Of a stretch of DNA of 64,000 bases, positions 26,101-37,064 are shown in pieces. Location: assembly GCA_007280905.1 (NCBI GenBank), contig QYQM01000070.1, positions 69-64,068 on the forward strand, written 5' to 3'. The notes under the pieces were generated by a model that did no database searches, was not told where the DNA came from, and worked only from the letters and a program-made list of their open reading frames with translations. Source of the stretch: Porphyromonadaceae bacterium. GTDB taxonomy: Bacteria > Bacteroidota > Bacteroidia > Bacteroidales > UBA12481. Position 1 is the first letter of the stretch. Every line of letters starts with the position of its first letter. The position numbers and the translations under genes are program-made.

Positions 26101-26446
26101 CCGTATTCTTTAACTGAACATTGATACGGTAAGTCTGCCCCAAAGTGAGGTAAATGTTCTCCTGGGTCCACGACTCAAAGCCTACAAACGTAACTTTCAC
26201 CGTGTAAGGTCCTCCAACCTCCATGTTCGGCAAGCGATACAAACCACCAGCATCGGTGCTGGCACCAAATAGCGAACCGGTTGGAACGTGCGTTGCAATT
26301 ACCGTTGCTCCGGGCAACGGTGAACCATCCGGGTTGGTAACTTTACCGTTGATCCCGGAGGTTGTGATCTGGGAATAGCCACTGACCGCAGTGAACACAC
26401 CCAAAGCAATGAATAATAAAAACCTGATTAAATTTCTCATACACAA
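23189..26446 (-). CDS. TonB-dependent receptor with N-terminal carboxypeptidase-regulatory-like domain (1085 aa); no adjacent SusD
   Basis: Signal peptide; 'GKVTNPDGSPLPGATVIATH...GGLYRLPNMEVGGPYTVKVTFVGF'; plug region; long beta-barrel ending in the aromatic C-terminus '...LSIRYIFN'. Confidence 0.85.
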   Translation of the reverse strand: MCMRNLIRFLLFIALGVFTAVSGYSQITTSGINGKVTNPDGSPLPGATVIATHVPTGSLFGASTDAGGLYRLPNMEVGGPYTVKVTFVGFESWTQENIYLTLGQTYRINVQLKNTEVRLGEIAIVGRRGDKDVFDGNSTGTETNVTIEKIQSMPSIARGITDFTRLTPQARVTQLGGIEIAGTNNRFNSIYLDGAVSNDVFGLTDQGTNGGQAGISPFSIDIIEQFSVQVAPFDVKIGGFAGAGINAVTRRGTNEIQGSAYYYMRNATLAGKTPTDDTSKQRINLPNFNSSIYGFRLGGPIVKNKLFFFVNAEIQKEETPQPFDFGTYQGTVTAAELTQLNDKLVAWGYDPGVYDGASRTLDGTKLFGRIDWNISKVHKLMIRHQYTRGVSVSPGNSSTTNLRYSNSGILFPSTTNSSAVELKSNFNDRLSNNLILGLTFVRDDRDPIGNNFPYVRIKDGNSNIYFGSEEFSTANDLKQDIITLTDNFDMNFGKHTITIGTHNEFYKMYNLFIRQNFGSYQFNSIADFLGDKPAYQYDRTFSAVDNITGDGSVAAANFKAVQFGFYIQDKFQVSDRFNLTYGLRADIPMFLDQPLVNADFNDNVIPILVEKSWDLKSAKTGQTPSPKIMLNPRVGFNYDVLGDKTLQIRGGAGLFTSRIPYVWPGASFQNNAVITGGMRVTAAGSPELLFNHEWNNQPSLPPTQPSGQVDIFAKDFKFPKIFRTGIALDKKLPWGLVGTIDFTFSKTINNIMYYNLAYVKTDSLTGTGDDRPIWSKIALGKDPNTNKNRAYTDIILGTNTDKGYSYNITGQLTKNFSKGFSGSVAYTFGRAYSMNDGVSSQNSSQWRVPNVRGKNDLDLSISNFDLGHRIVSFLSYKIDYANHAATTISLFYTGQSGERFSYGYADGSSKYLGEDNQSLELMYVPKDQSDIFLVDLKNSAGDVTLSAAQQWTDLEAFINSDAYLSTRKGNYVERNHSRVPFTNIFDLHIAQDFYINVGGKRNTLQIGLDVYNLGNLINKDWGRIYYASGAYYSTYPLIKFQGFKSDGTTPQFSFTKPKGSIMGIDDSGLLSSRWQAQLSIRYIFN

Positions 26447-26705
26447 AAAGTTTAGGTTATAATAAATTGATTGACTACATGTTACTTTGGAAAAAAATCT
26501 TCTGCATCAAAAGAAACGATTTTCCCCAAATCCAACCTAAAATAAACATTAAGTTTTATCTGCAAAGAGATTTATCTACTCTGTTATCAACATGTTTTTA
26601 TATCCACAACATTTTTCACCCGTTAACTCTTTTTGAATTCTATAATTCTTTAACTTAATTAAATATTTTACCTAAATTCTTTTTTATCAACTCATTACGT
26701 AACCA

Positions 26706-27521
26706 ATGAAAAAGAAAATTTTACTCTTGGGGCTACTTATGGCAGGCCTGGTCCTTGCCAACGCCCAGGTTACTGTTACCTCCTCAACAGGCCTTTATGA
26801 GGAACCATCGTTAAAATCAATAAGAATTGCCACCGTCATCGAAGGTGAAAATGTAATTTTGGGGGAGAAAACCGGAGAATTCTGGAAAGCTGTCGTCGGA
26901 AAAAAATCAGGCTACCTCCACGAATCCTGCTTGTCGAATTATGTTGACCCTAAAAAGTCCGGGAATACCGAACCAGTCATTGCTCCGGTCATCACGGTTT
27001 TACCCGCTAAATCTACTCAGGACACAGTGAACTTTGAACAATACGGCGGCCTCTTTTCCATTGGCATCGCTCTCGGCGGCGGAGGTCTTATTGGCCTGCC
27101 TGTGCGGCTGTTTCCCACACGCAACTTTGCCATTGAGCTAGGAGTTTATGCGCGCGGAATGATCGCGACAAAAACCTTTGTGGGTTTAAACCTGAATGGT
27201 GGTTTAAATTTTTACTTCAAGGATAGTTTTAACCCCAAAAAGAAAAAATTCAGACATGACGGAGCTTTCCTGAGGGGAGGAAAAACTTTCTACAATGCTG
27301 ATATTAAAGACATTATTATAATGGGCGGCTGGACTCGTGACCATTTCAAATTGGGGACAACCGATAGAGTTTTTACTTTGGAGCTCGGAGTGGGTCTCAA
27401 CTCAATGAAATATACCGAAACTACCTCAGGTTCTTGGGGTTATGAAACAACCACCTATTCAGGAAATACACCGATGCTATTTTGGAAATTTGCATGGAGC
27501 CTATTTCCCAAGAAACACTAA
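26706..27521 (+). CDS. Secreted protein: SH3b-like N-terminal domain plus small beta-barrel-like C-terminal domain
   Basis: Signal peptide 'MKKKILLLGLLMAGLVLANAQ'. An SH3_3-like segment ('GLYEEPSLKSIRIATVIEGENVILGEKTGEFWKAVVGKKSGYLHESCL') and a Gly/aromatic-rich C-terminal half. Confidence 0.45.
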   Translation: MKKKILLLGLLMAGLVLANAQVTVTSSTGLYEEPSLKSIRIATVIEGENVILGEKTGEFWKAVVGKKSGYLHESCLSNYVDPKKSGNTEPVIAPVITVLPAKSTQDTVNFEQYGGLFSIGIALGGGGLIGLPVRLFPTRNFAIELGVYARGMIATKTFVGLNLNGGLNFYFKDSFNPKKKKFRHDGAFLRGGKTFYNADIKDIIIMGGWTRDHFKLGTTDRVFTLELGVGLNSMKYTETTSGSWGYETTTYSGNTPMLFWKFAWSLFPKKH

Positions 27522-27678
27522 AGTAATTCGGGCGCAAAATAAACGATTCCCCCAAATCGGGTCTAATTTTTAAATGCTTGAGCTGATGGCAGGTTAATCA
27601 ATCGTGTTATCAGCAGTTTAAGTTTGTGTCAAATCGGTTGAATCATTGTGTAGTTTTACCCTTGCCAATTTTTAAAAA

Positions 27679-28074
27679 ATGAAAAATCAATCGCTTGGAT
27701 TTGCAGTTGTCTTGCTTTTTTTGTTTTCTGGTTGCCTTAAAGAACCAGGAATCGGAGGGACCTCTACGATAACCGGTAAAGTCTATGCATATGATTATGA
27801 TTCTGAGATGAATAACCTGAGGGCACAGTACTATGCCCCCGATGAGGACGTTTATATTATTTATGGCAAAGATTCCGTTTTCTCCGACCGCACGCAAACC
27901 AGTTTCGATGGTTCCTACCGGTTCGAATACCTCAGGCCGGGAACCTATACCCTCTTTGCCTATAGTAAAAACATTGTAACCAAGTTGCCACCTTTAATGC
28001 CGATCAAAAAAACTGTGGAGATTCTGTCGAACAATCAGGTTTTGACAGTCGATGATATTGAAATCAACAAATAA
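27679..28074 (+). CDS. Small lipoprotein with carboxypeptidase-regulatory-like (Ig-like) fold
   Basis: Lipobox 'LFLFSGC'; 'ITGKVYAYD...SFDGSYRFEYLRPGTYTLFAY'. The stop overlaps the next start (TAATG). Confidence 0.6.
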   Translation: MKNQSLGFAVVLLFLFSGCLKEPGIGGTSTITGKVYAYDYDSEMNNLRAQYYAPDEDVYIIYGKDSVFSDRTQTSFDGSYRFEYLRPGTYTLFAYSKNIVTKLPPLMPIKKTVEILSNNQVLTVDDIEINK

Positions 28075-28844
28075 TGCAGAATCAGCTTCATGAAATTCTC
28101 CATGGTTTCCAATCCATAACGCTGAAAGACATCGAGTGTGTAAAGCTTATGACCCGGGCCGACACAAAATATCTTTGTCAGCTGAATCAACTCGACCGCC
28201 TGCTGAAAAAAGCACAGTCCGAATTCCGGGTTCTGGAAAACCGCGGGAACCGCTTGCTTGGTTATGAATCGCTATATCTGGATACTCCTGAACACCGCAT
28301 GTATCTCGATCATCACAATGGGAAACTGAACCGCTATAAGGTCAGAATCAGGGAATACCTGACCTCTCATGAGCTCTTTCTGGAAATTAAAAAAAAGGAC
28401 AACCAGCTGAATACTGAAAAAAAACGTATTCCGATTTCATCCGACCGTAACTTTCTTAAGCCAGAATACAAGGACTTTATATCTTCGAATTCGCCGTATG
28501 ATCCGGAATTCCTGGAACCCAAACTTAGGTCGTCGTTCAAACGTATTACACTGGTCAATAATGATATCTTCGAGCGGGTGACCATCGACATCCACCCCGC
28601 CTGGCAAAGCGGACAGCGTATTATTGAGCTCCCCAACCTGGTCATCATAGAGGTAAAGTCGGTGATAACAACCAGCAGCGCCGGATTTGGCTCCCTTTTA
28701 AGGGAAGAGAGGATCCTCCCCAAAAGGCTCAGTAAATACTGTACCGGAACAACCCTGCTTTTCCCGGTAATTAAACATAACCGATTCAAAGCAAAATTGT
28801 TACATTTGAAAAAATTGGATAAAAATCTAATATATGGTGAATAA
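28074..28844 (+). CDS. VTC-domain protein (triphosphate-tunnel-metalloenzyme-type polyphosphate polymerase domain)
   Basis: 256 aa with a Lys/Arg/Glu-rich beta-strand pattern: 'RADTKYL', 'YESLYLDTPEHRMYLDHHNGKLNRYKVRIREYLTSHELFLEIKKKD...TEKKRI', 'RVTIDI', 'VIIEVKS'. I recognise this as the bacterial VTC family. Recalled from memory, not searched. Confidence 0.65.
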   Translation: MQNQLHEILHGFQSITLKDIECVKLMTRADTKYLCQLNQLDRLLKKAQSEFRVLENRGNRLLGYESLYLDTPEHRMYLDHHNGKLNRYKVRIREYLTSHELFLEIKKKDNQLNTEKKRIPISSDRNFLKPEYKDFISSNSPYDPEFLEPKLRSSFKRITLVNNDIFERVTIDIHPAWQSGQRIIELPNLVIIEVKSVITTSSAGFGSLLREERILPKRLSKYCTGTTLLFPVIKHNRFKAKLLHLKKLDKNLIYGE

Positions 28845-29562
28845 TTTCTTGCACTTAGTTAATCCGGATCAGGTATCGGGCTTTATCGGGGCAGCGGATC
28901 AGGGGGTTGAAGCGATACGGTTTCTTGGGCTTAAAATGATAAATCCGCCGGATTTCCTTCAGCTGGTCACCCGGTTTGTTTTCAATTTCATTATGACCAT
29001 CATTTTGATTCGATTTTTATATTACCCGCATTCCAAAAGAAAAGATTTCTTTTTTATCTTCATGATTTTCAGTACAATAGTTTTCCTGCTTTGCTTTATG
29101 CTCGGGAAAGTATCCGTTCAGCTCGGTTTTGCTCTCGGTCTTTTTGCCATTTTCGGAATTTTACGATACCGTACAGACACCATACCGATCAAGGAAATGA
29201 CCTATTTGTTCCTAATGGTTGGCATATCAGTAGTTAATTCACTGTCCGACAAATCAATCAGTTGGTCAGAGCTTTTGTTTGCCAATCTGGTGATTATCCT
29301 GATTACCTGGTACCTTGAGATGATCTGGATGAAAAAAAAGGAAGATTTTATGGATATCCGGTATGAAAAAATTGAATTGATCCCTCCCTCCCGGCATGCA
29401 GAATTACTTGAAGACCTTAAAAAAAGGACGGGTTTGAATGTATATCGATTCCGTATCGATCGCATTAATTTTCTCCGGGATACCGTAAAGATTCGAATCT
29501 TTTTCCGTCATGAAAAAGAGGTCAACCGTCTCCCTGCTGAACCTAAAAAACCGGTTACCTGA
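28834..29562 (+). CDS. DUF4956-like polytopic membrane protein
   Basis: Several TM helices plus a 'LFAIFGILRYRTDTIPIKEMTYLF' motif that I associate with DUF4956, the usual partner of bacterial VTC genes. Overlaps the VTC stop by 11 nt. The start is uncertain (alternative Met at 'MINPPDF'). Confidence 0.6.
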   Translation: MVNNFLHLVNPDQVSGFIGAADQGVEAIRFLGLKMINPPDFLQLVTRFVFNFIMTIILIRFLYYPHSKRKDFFFIFMIFSTIVFLLCFMLGKVSVQLGFALGLFAIFGILRYRTDTIPIKEMTYLFLMVGISVVNSLSDKSISWSELLFANLVIILITWYLEMIWMKKKEDFMDIRYEKIELIPPSRHAELLEDLKKRTGLNVYRFRIDRINFLRDTVKIRIFFRHEKEVNRLPAEPKKPVT

Positions 29563-29581
29563 TTCCGGCAGCTACCCTTTA

Positions 29582-30253
29582 GTGAAAAAATCCGGTTGGA
29601 TATTTATCCTGCTAATCCTAAGTGCGGCCGGATATGGCCAGTATCAGGATGCACGCCTATGGGCAAGCCTTTCGATCCGTTACGAACCGAATAAAAAATG
29701 GAAAATCAGCCTGGAAGAGGAGGCCCGGTTTTTTGATAATATCAGCAGGCTCAATAACATCAATTCGGAATTGACTATTGATTATCAGATCAGTAAGCTG
29801 TTCAATGGTGGGATTCTTTACCGGTTTATCAGTAATCAGAATACCGGCGGGAATTTTGATTTTAACCACCGTTTCGGAGTGTACCTCGGCGTACAAAAGA
29901 AGTATGGCGACTGGTCCTGTTCAATCAAAACCGCCTTTCAAAAAACTTATCCTGAATATGTGCACTCGAGGGAATGGTATATCCCCGAAAATTATGTCCG
30001 GGTGTTAGCTGAGGTTTCCCGGGACCTGAAAAATAAAAAAACTGAGCCTTACGCCAACATCGAATTCTGGTACCGGATACAAACCGGTGATCAGGCCTTT
30101 GTCGACCAATACCGGTTTACCATCGGCATTAAACATAAGCTAAATAAAATCAACAGGTTGGATTTTTACTACAGGATTCAGCAGGAATTACAGGTGAAGA
30201 ATCCGTTAACTGCCCATATCATCGGGGTTGGTTATCGGTTTATTGTTCGGTGA
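29582..30253 (+). CDS. DUF2490-like outer-membrane beta-barrel protein
   Basis: The in-frame GTG at 29582 gives the signal peptide 'VKKSGWIFILLILSAAGYGQ'. Alternating-hydrophobic strands with aromatic girdles, ending '...GVGYRFIVR'. The ORF-track ATG at 29510 would overlap the upstream gene by 53 nt. Confidence 0.55.
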   Translation: MKKSGWIFILLILSAAGYGQYQDARLWASLSIRYEPNKKWKISLEEEARFFDNISRLNNINSELTIDYQISKLFNGGILYRFISNQNTGGNFDFNHRFGVYLGVQKKYGDWSCSIKTAFQKTYPEYVHSREWYIPENYVRVLAEVSRDLKNKKTEPYANIEFWYRIQTGDQAFVDQYRFTIGIKHKLNKINRLDFYYRIQQELQVKNPLTAHIIGVGYRFIVR

Positions 30254-31510
30254 CAAATTCTGGTTAACCCATTTGAACAATTTATCCCCGCGTCTGATTT
30301 TCCGGCCTGTCCGGAATGCAATTCGTTCCCCCTTCAGGGCTGTTTGAACCTGTCCTCCATTATTATGGATCTCCCTGATAGTTATCTGGATGAGTCCGGT
30401 TGTTGGCCCTGTTATCAGAACCTCTTCCCCCACTGTTAAGCATTCAGATTGAATATCGAACTCCCCCACTCCAAGCCTGGAATAATAATTAGTTGCGGTC
30501 CCTATAAATATTTTTCTTTTTGTTGCTGCCGACCCGTACACCGAACTCCATTCTCCCAGACGTTGTCCGAGGTAGTATCCATCCCAGAATCCACGATTGA
30601 AAACAGTTGAAAGCCGTTCCTTCCATTGTTCGATTTTTTCCGGCACGTATGTTCCATCGAAAAGACTATCAACTGCTTCCCTGTAGCAGGAAGTAACGGT
30701 TTGAACATATTCGGCTGGTCTTGCCCTGCCTTCAATCTTGAGAACGGTAATCCCAGAGGCAATGATGCGATCGAGAAAATGGATGGTCGACAGGTCTTTG
30801 GGCGACATGATATACTCCTGATCGATTTCAAGCTGATCGCCCGATTCAATATCTTCTACCCGGTATGCACGGCGACACGCCTGTAAACAGTTTCCGCGGT
30901 TAGCGGAGGAATTGTATTGATGGAGGCTCAGGTGGCATTTGCCGGATATGGCCATGCAAAGGGCACCGTGCACAAACAGTTCAAGCCTGACCGGTTCACC
31001 CGAGGGCCCGGTGATGCTGTTGGCACCAATCTTCCCGGCTATCGCACTTATCTGATCAAGAGTGAGTTCCCTTGCCAGGACCATCACATCGGCATATTTT
31101 GCATAAAAACGAAGTGTTTCGAAATTGGATATATTCAGCTGAGTCGACAGGTGAAGCGGCATCCCCCGATTCCTGGCATATTCGATGACTGATTGATCAG
31201 ATACTATTATGGCGGAGATTCCAGCCTCGGCTGCCGCATCAATCAATTGCTGTGACAGTGTGATTTCCTGGTCGTAAATTATAGTATTCAGGGTCAGGTA
31301 TGATTTCACCCCGCTAAATTTACAATATCTGGCGATTAAAGGGAGGTCGGAGGTAAGGAAATTCCGTGCGGATTTCGACCTCATGTTCAGATGTTCAACA
31401 CCAAAATACACTGCATTGGCACCACCCGATATTGCAGCTCTGAGGGATTCAAACGACCCGGCTGGCGCCATAACTTCGATGGCTTCCCGGTTATAGGGTA
31501 ATCCGGTCAT
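30206..31510 (-). CDS. Peptidase U32-family protein (family includes RlhA/TrhP/UbiU-V type Fe-S hydroxylase components)
   Basis: 'IEVMAPAGSFESLRAAISGGANAVYFG', 'ELFVHGALCMAISGKCHLS......SANRGNCLQACR'. The 3' end overlaps the convergent DUF2490 gene by 48 nt. Confidence 0.8.
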   Translation of the reverse strand: MTGLPYNREAIEVMAPAGSFESLRAAISGGANAVYFGVEHLNMRSKSARNFLTSDLPLIARYCKFSGVKSYLTLNTIIYDQEITLSQQLIDAAAEAGISAIIVSDQSVIEYARNRGMPLHLSTQLNISNFETLRFYAKYADVMVLARELTLDQISAIAGKIGANSITGPSGEPVRLELFVHGALCMAISGKCHLSLHQYNSSANRGNCLQACRRAYRVEDIESGDQLEIDQEYIMSPKDLSTIHFLDRIIASGITVLKIEGRARPAEYVQTVTSCYREAVDSLFDGTYVPEKIEQWKERLSTVFNRGFWDGYYLGQRLGEWSSVYGSAATKRKIFIGTATNYYSRLGVGEFDIQSECLTVGEEVLITGPTTGLIQITIREIHNNGGQVQTALKGERIAFRTGRKIRRGDKLFKWVNQNLSPNNKPITNPDDMGS

Positions 31511-31929
31511 GGTCTTGATTGAATAATGATCGGGCCCTGCTGTCCCTTGCCATCATCCTGAACATCAAATAGGGTACAAGTTTCAAAAGCCCGTTTTGAC
31601 CATTGATCGCCAATATTCTTTCTGTTAATGGAAAAATCAAGCACTTTAAGCCGGTTTTTGAAGCGGCGAACTTCACGCCCCCCGTTCAGGTCGATCAGGT
31701 AATCAGGTAAAAAATCCTTGAGGTGATCAAGCAGTTCCATAGGATTTTCCTGGTAAATAAAAATATCATCCAGGTAAGGATTGGAATCGAGTAACCAACG
31801 ATGAGATTCCTTCACTATGGAATAGACCAGCGCCTCCTCCACCTGGGTTTTCAGGCACCTGATTAAAGCGGTGGCTAAAAGAATTTCCCCGGGATCATCC
31901 GGATGGAGGATGATGAATCTGGCTTCCAT
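31507..31929 (-). CDS. Small protein resembling only the N-terminal half-domain of GT9 (heptosyltransferase-like) glycosyltransferases
   Basis: 'RFIILHPDDPGEILLATALIRCLK...LLDSNPYLDDIF...YLIDLNG' resembles the GT9 N-terminal pattern ('ILIIR.S.LGD..L.TP.I..LK...NP.ID'). At 140 aa it is far shorter than a complete GT9. There is a 4-nt overlap with the U32 start. Confidence 0.4.
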   Translation of the reverse strand: MEARFIILHPDDPGEILLATALIRCLKTQVEEALVYSIVKESHRWLLDSNPYLDDIFIYQENPMELLDHLKDFLPDYLIDLNGGREVRRFKNRLKVLDFSINRKNIGDQWSKRAFETCTLFDVQDDGKGQQGPIIIQSRP

Positions 31930-31938
31930 CTGATTTTA

Positions 31939-32181
31939 TTAATCGATAGTTACCAGCAAATGAATCTGATTATCCAGGCATTCGACCACTCCCCGTTTGA
32001 TCGGGAAATGGTGAGTCTGGCCGATAGTATCAATAACCTTAATGCTCCCGGCTCCCAAAGTGGAAATTATTGGTGCATGGTTATTCAGGATCTCAAAAGA
32101 ACCCAGGGTTCCGGGAAGGCTCACCAGGGTGATCTCCCCGGAATAGATTTTTGATTCCGGTGTTAGTATTTCCAGGTACAC
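31939..32181 (-). CDS. atpC: F-type ATP synthase epsilon subunit (short, 80 aa)
   Basis: 'LEILTPE..IYSGE...V.LPG..G.FEIL.NHAP.IS.L..G.I'. It lies immediately downstream of atpD. Confidence 0.85.
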   Translation of the reverse strand: MYLEILTPESKIYSGEITLVSLPGTLGSFEILNNHAPIISTLGAGSIKVIDTIGQTHHFPIKRGVVECLDNQIHLLVTID

Positions 32182-32198
32182 TATAATGATTGGATTAG

Positions 32199-34719
<2,521 letters not shown>

Positions 34720-34723
<4 letters not shown>

Positions 34724-37056
34724 ACGCCTTGTTTCAGCATTTTTAACCGTTTCCTCTCTTTGTCCCGTTGAATTCCTTGCAGAAGGATCGAAGGGACAAG
34801 CAATAAATTGGAAATCACAGCAATCAGCAAGGTTATGCTGATGAGGAATCCCATGGCTTTGGTACCACCGAATTCCGATACCACAAAGATCCCGAAACCG
34901 ATGAACAATACCGAAACCGTATAGATGACACTCACTCCAACCTCCTTTAATGTATTAATAACTGCAACTTCCGGATCAATTCCGCGGCGTGAAAGGTGCT
35001 GCCTGTATTTCGAAAGAAAGTGTACGGCTGTGTCCACTGCAATTCCATAGGTTACGCTAAACACTAATAAAGTTGAAGGCTTTATCGAAATATGGCAATA
35101 TCCCATGAGCCCGGCCGTGAACAGCAACGGGAGCAAGTTTGCAAAAATGGAAACTACAATCATTCGTGGACTGCGATACATATAGGCCATGAAAAAGGCG
35201 ATGAATAGAATGGCTAGTACAAGACTCTTTATCAGGTGCTTAACGAGATATTCCGTTCCAAGGGTAAATTTCAGACTCGATCCGGTAAGGATCGTTTTGT
35301 ACTGACCGGGTGGAAAGAGGGTGTCGAGTTTTGCCTGAAGGCTATTCTGTATTTCAACCAGCTTGTTTGTACCCACGTCAGCAATACGAAAATTGATACG
35401 CATAATCTGATTGGTTGAATCGAGGAATGAGTTGACTATTTTATTCCCCTTTATGGCGCTTGAAAGATAGGGCAATAAGAAAGATCGTTCCTGTGCGCTG
35501 GGCAATCGGTAATATTTTTCACCTCCGTTGTAGTAAGCCTGGTTGGCAACCTTCATACCGTCGACCAGGCTGAATGACCGTCCCAGTTCAGGATACTTCA
35601 GAGCATATTCCTGAAAACTCTCCACTTTCTTTAAAAAGGATAACCCATAAACACCATTTGGTTTCCGGGTATCGATGGCAACCTCCAGAGGCAACACTCC
35701 TTTAATGGTGTTTTCAAAAAACTTTTGATCCTGGTACAATTGATTTTTTTTAGGAATATCATCCAAGATATACCCCGTTGATTTTATCTTGGTGATTCCA
35801 AAAATAGCCACCGACATGATCACGAAAACCGAAAAATAAATCCAGTTTCTTTTGAAGCGGATGAGAAAAACCAATTGATCGGTAATGCGTTTGACAACGC
35901 GGTTATCGAGATGGCGGATATGCTTATCCAACGGCGGTGGAAAAAATGAAAAGATAACCGGAACTAAAAACAGGCAAAGCAGGCATAATACCATAATATT
36001 CACCGAAGCCACGAGCCCGAAAGTACGAAGCATTTCATTGTCGATAGTCATGAAGGTGGCAAAACCGACTGCTGCAGTCGTGTTGGCCATAAATATCTCT
36101 GCTCCAACCTTTTGAATAACCCGTTGCAGGGCTTTTACCTTATTCTGGTGAAGTTGGTATTCTCCATGATACTTGTTTAGGAGGAAAATATTATTCGGGA
36201 TCCCGATGACAATGAGCAAGGCAGGTATCATACCGGTCAATACCGTGATGCTCGCTCCCATCAATGACATCATACCCATTGCCCAAACTGCGCCAATCGA
36301 AACTATCAACAAGGAAAAAAAGACAGCCCTTGCCGATCTGAAAAAGAACAGAAGGATGAAGGTTGTTGCCAATGCAGCCAGGATCAGAAACTTTATGAAT
36401 TCGCGTTGAACTATCTCCGAAATAGTTGACCTCACATAGGGAAGACCGGAATAGTGAATTTGAAGATTATTCTCTTTCCCAAACTGTATAGCAAGAACCT
36501 TCATTTTCTGGATTATGAACATCCGGTCTTTGGTATTGATCTGGTTATCTCCCATGGTCATTACCATCAGATAGGTATGGGTAGAATCCGAATAAACCAG
36601 ATCGCGGTAAATAGGCAATCCCCTGAACTCCCTTACCAGGCTATCGAGCTGTTCCTGTGAATCCAATCTTTCAGGGAAAATATTATAGAGGTCGAATGCT
36701 TTTTTCTCCTCATTCTTACGAAGATTTATCGCTTCGTAAACAGATAATACATTGCGAATTCCATCGATTTCCCTGATTGAACTTTTTAACTTATTGAAGG
36801 AATTGAACTTTTCAAAGGTAAAGAAATCGGGGTCCTGAAAACCAAACAGGAATAGCCCGCCTTCCTCACCAAAAACTTTATTAAACTCAAGCAGTTTAAT
36901 GGAAACACTATCCGTTTCGGGAAGCATTCCCGAATAACCATAATCGATTCCGAGTTTGGGCAGCTGCCAGAGCATAAACAGGGTGATCACGCCAATTACA
37001 ATGACAATGCTCATCCTGTTTCTTAATATCTTACCTGCAACCTTGCCCCAAAACAT
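34720..37056 (-). CDS. MMPL/RND-superfamily transporter (HpnN-like architecture, 778 aa)
   Basis: Two repeated modules, each a TM helix, a large extracytoplasmic loop and a 5-TM bundle. There is a 4-nt overlap with the polyprenyl synthase start. Confidence 0.7.
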
Positions 37057-37064
37057 ATTATTGA

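Noticed and set aside
26447-26705. Riboswitch (cobalamin/TPP) upstream of the orphan TonB-dependent receptor
   Set aside because: The 260-bp region is very AT-rich. It lacks the conserved GC-rich helices and B12-box/TPP motifs I would recognise, so it looks like a divergent promoter region.
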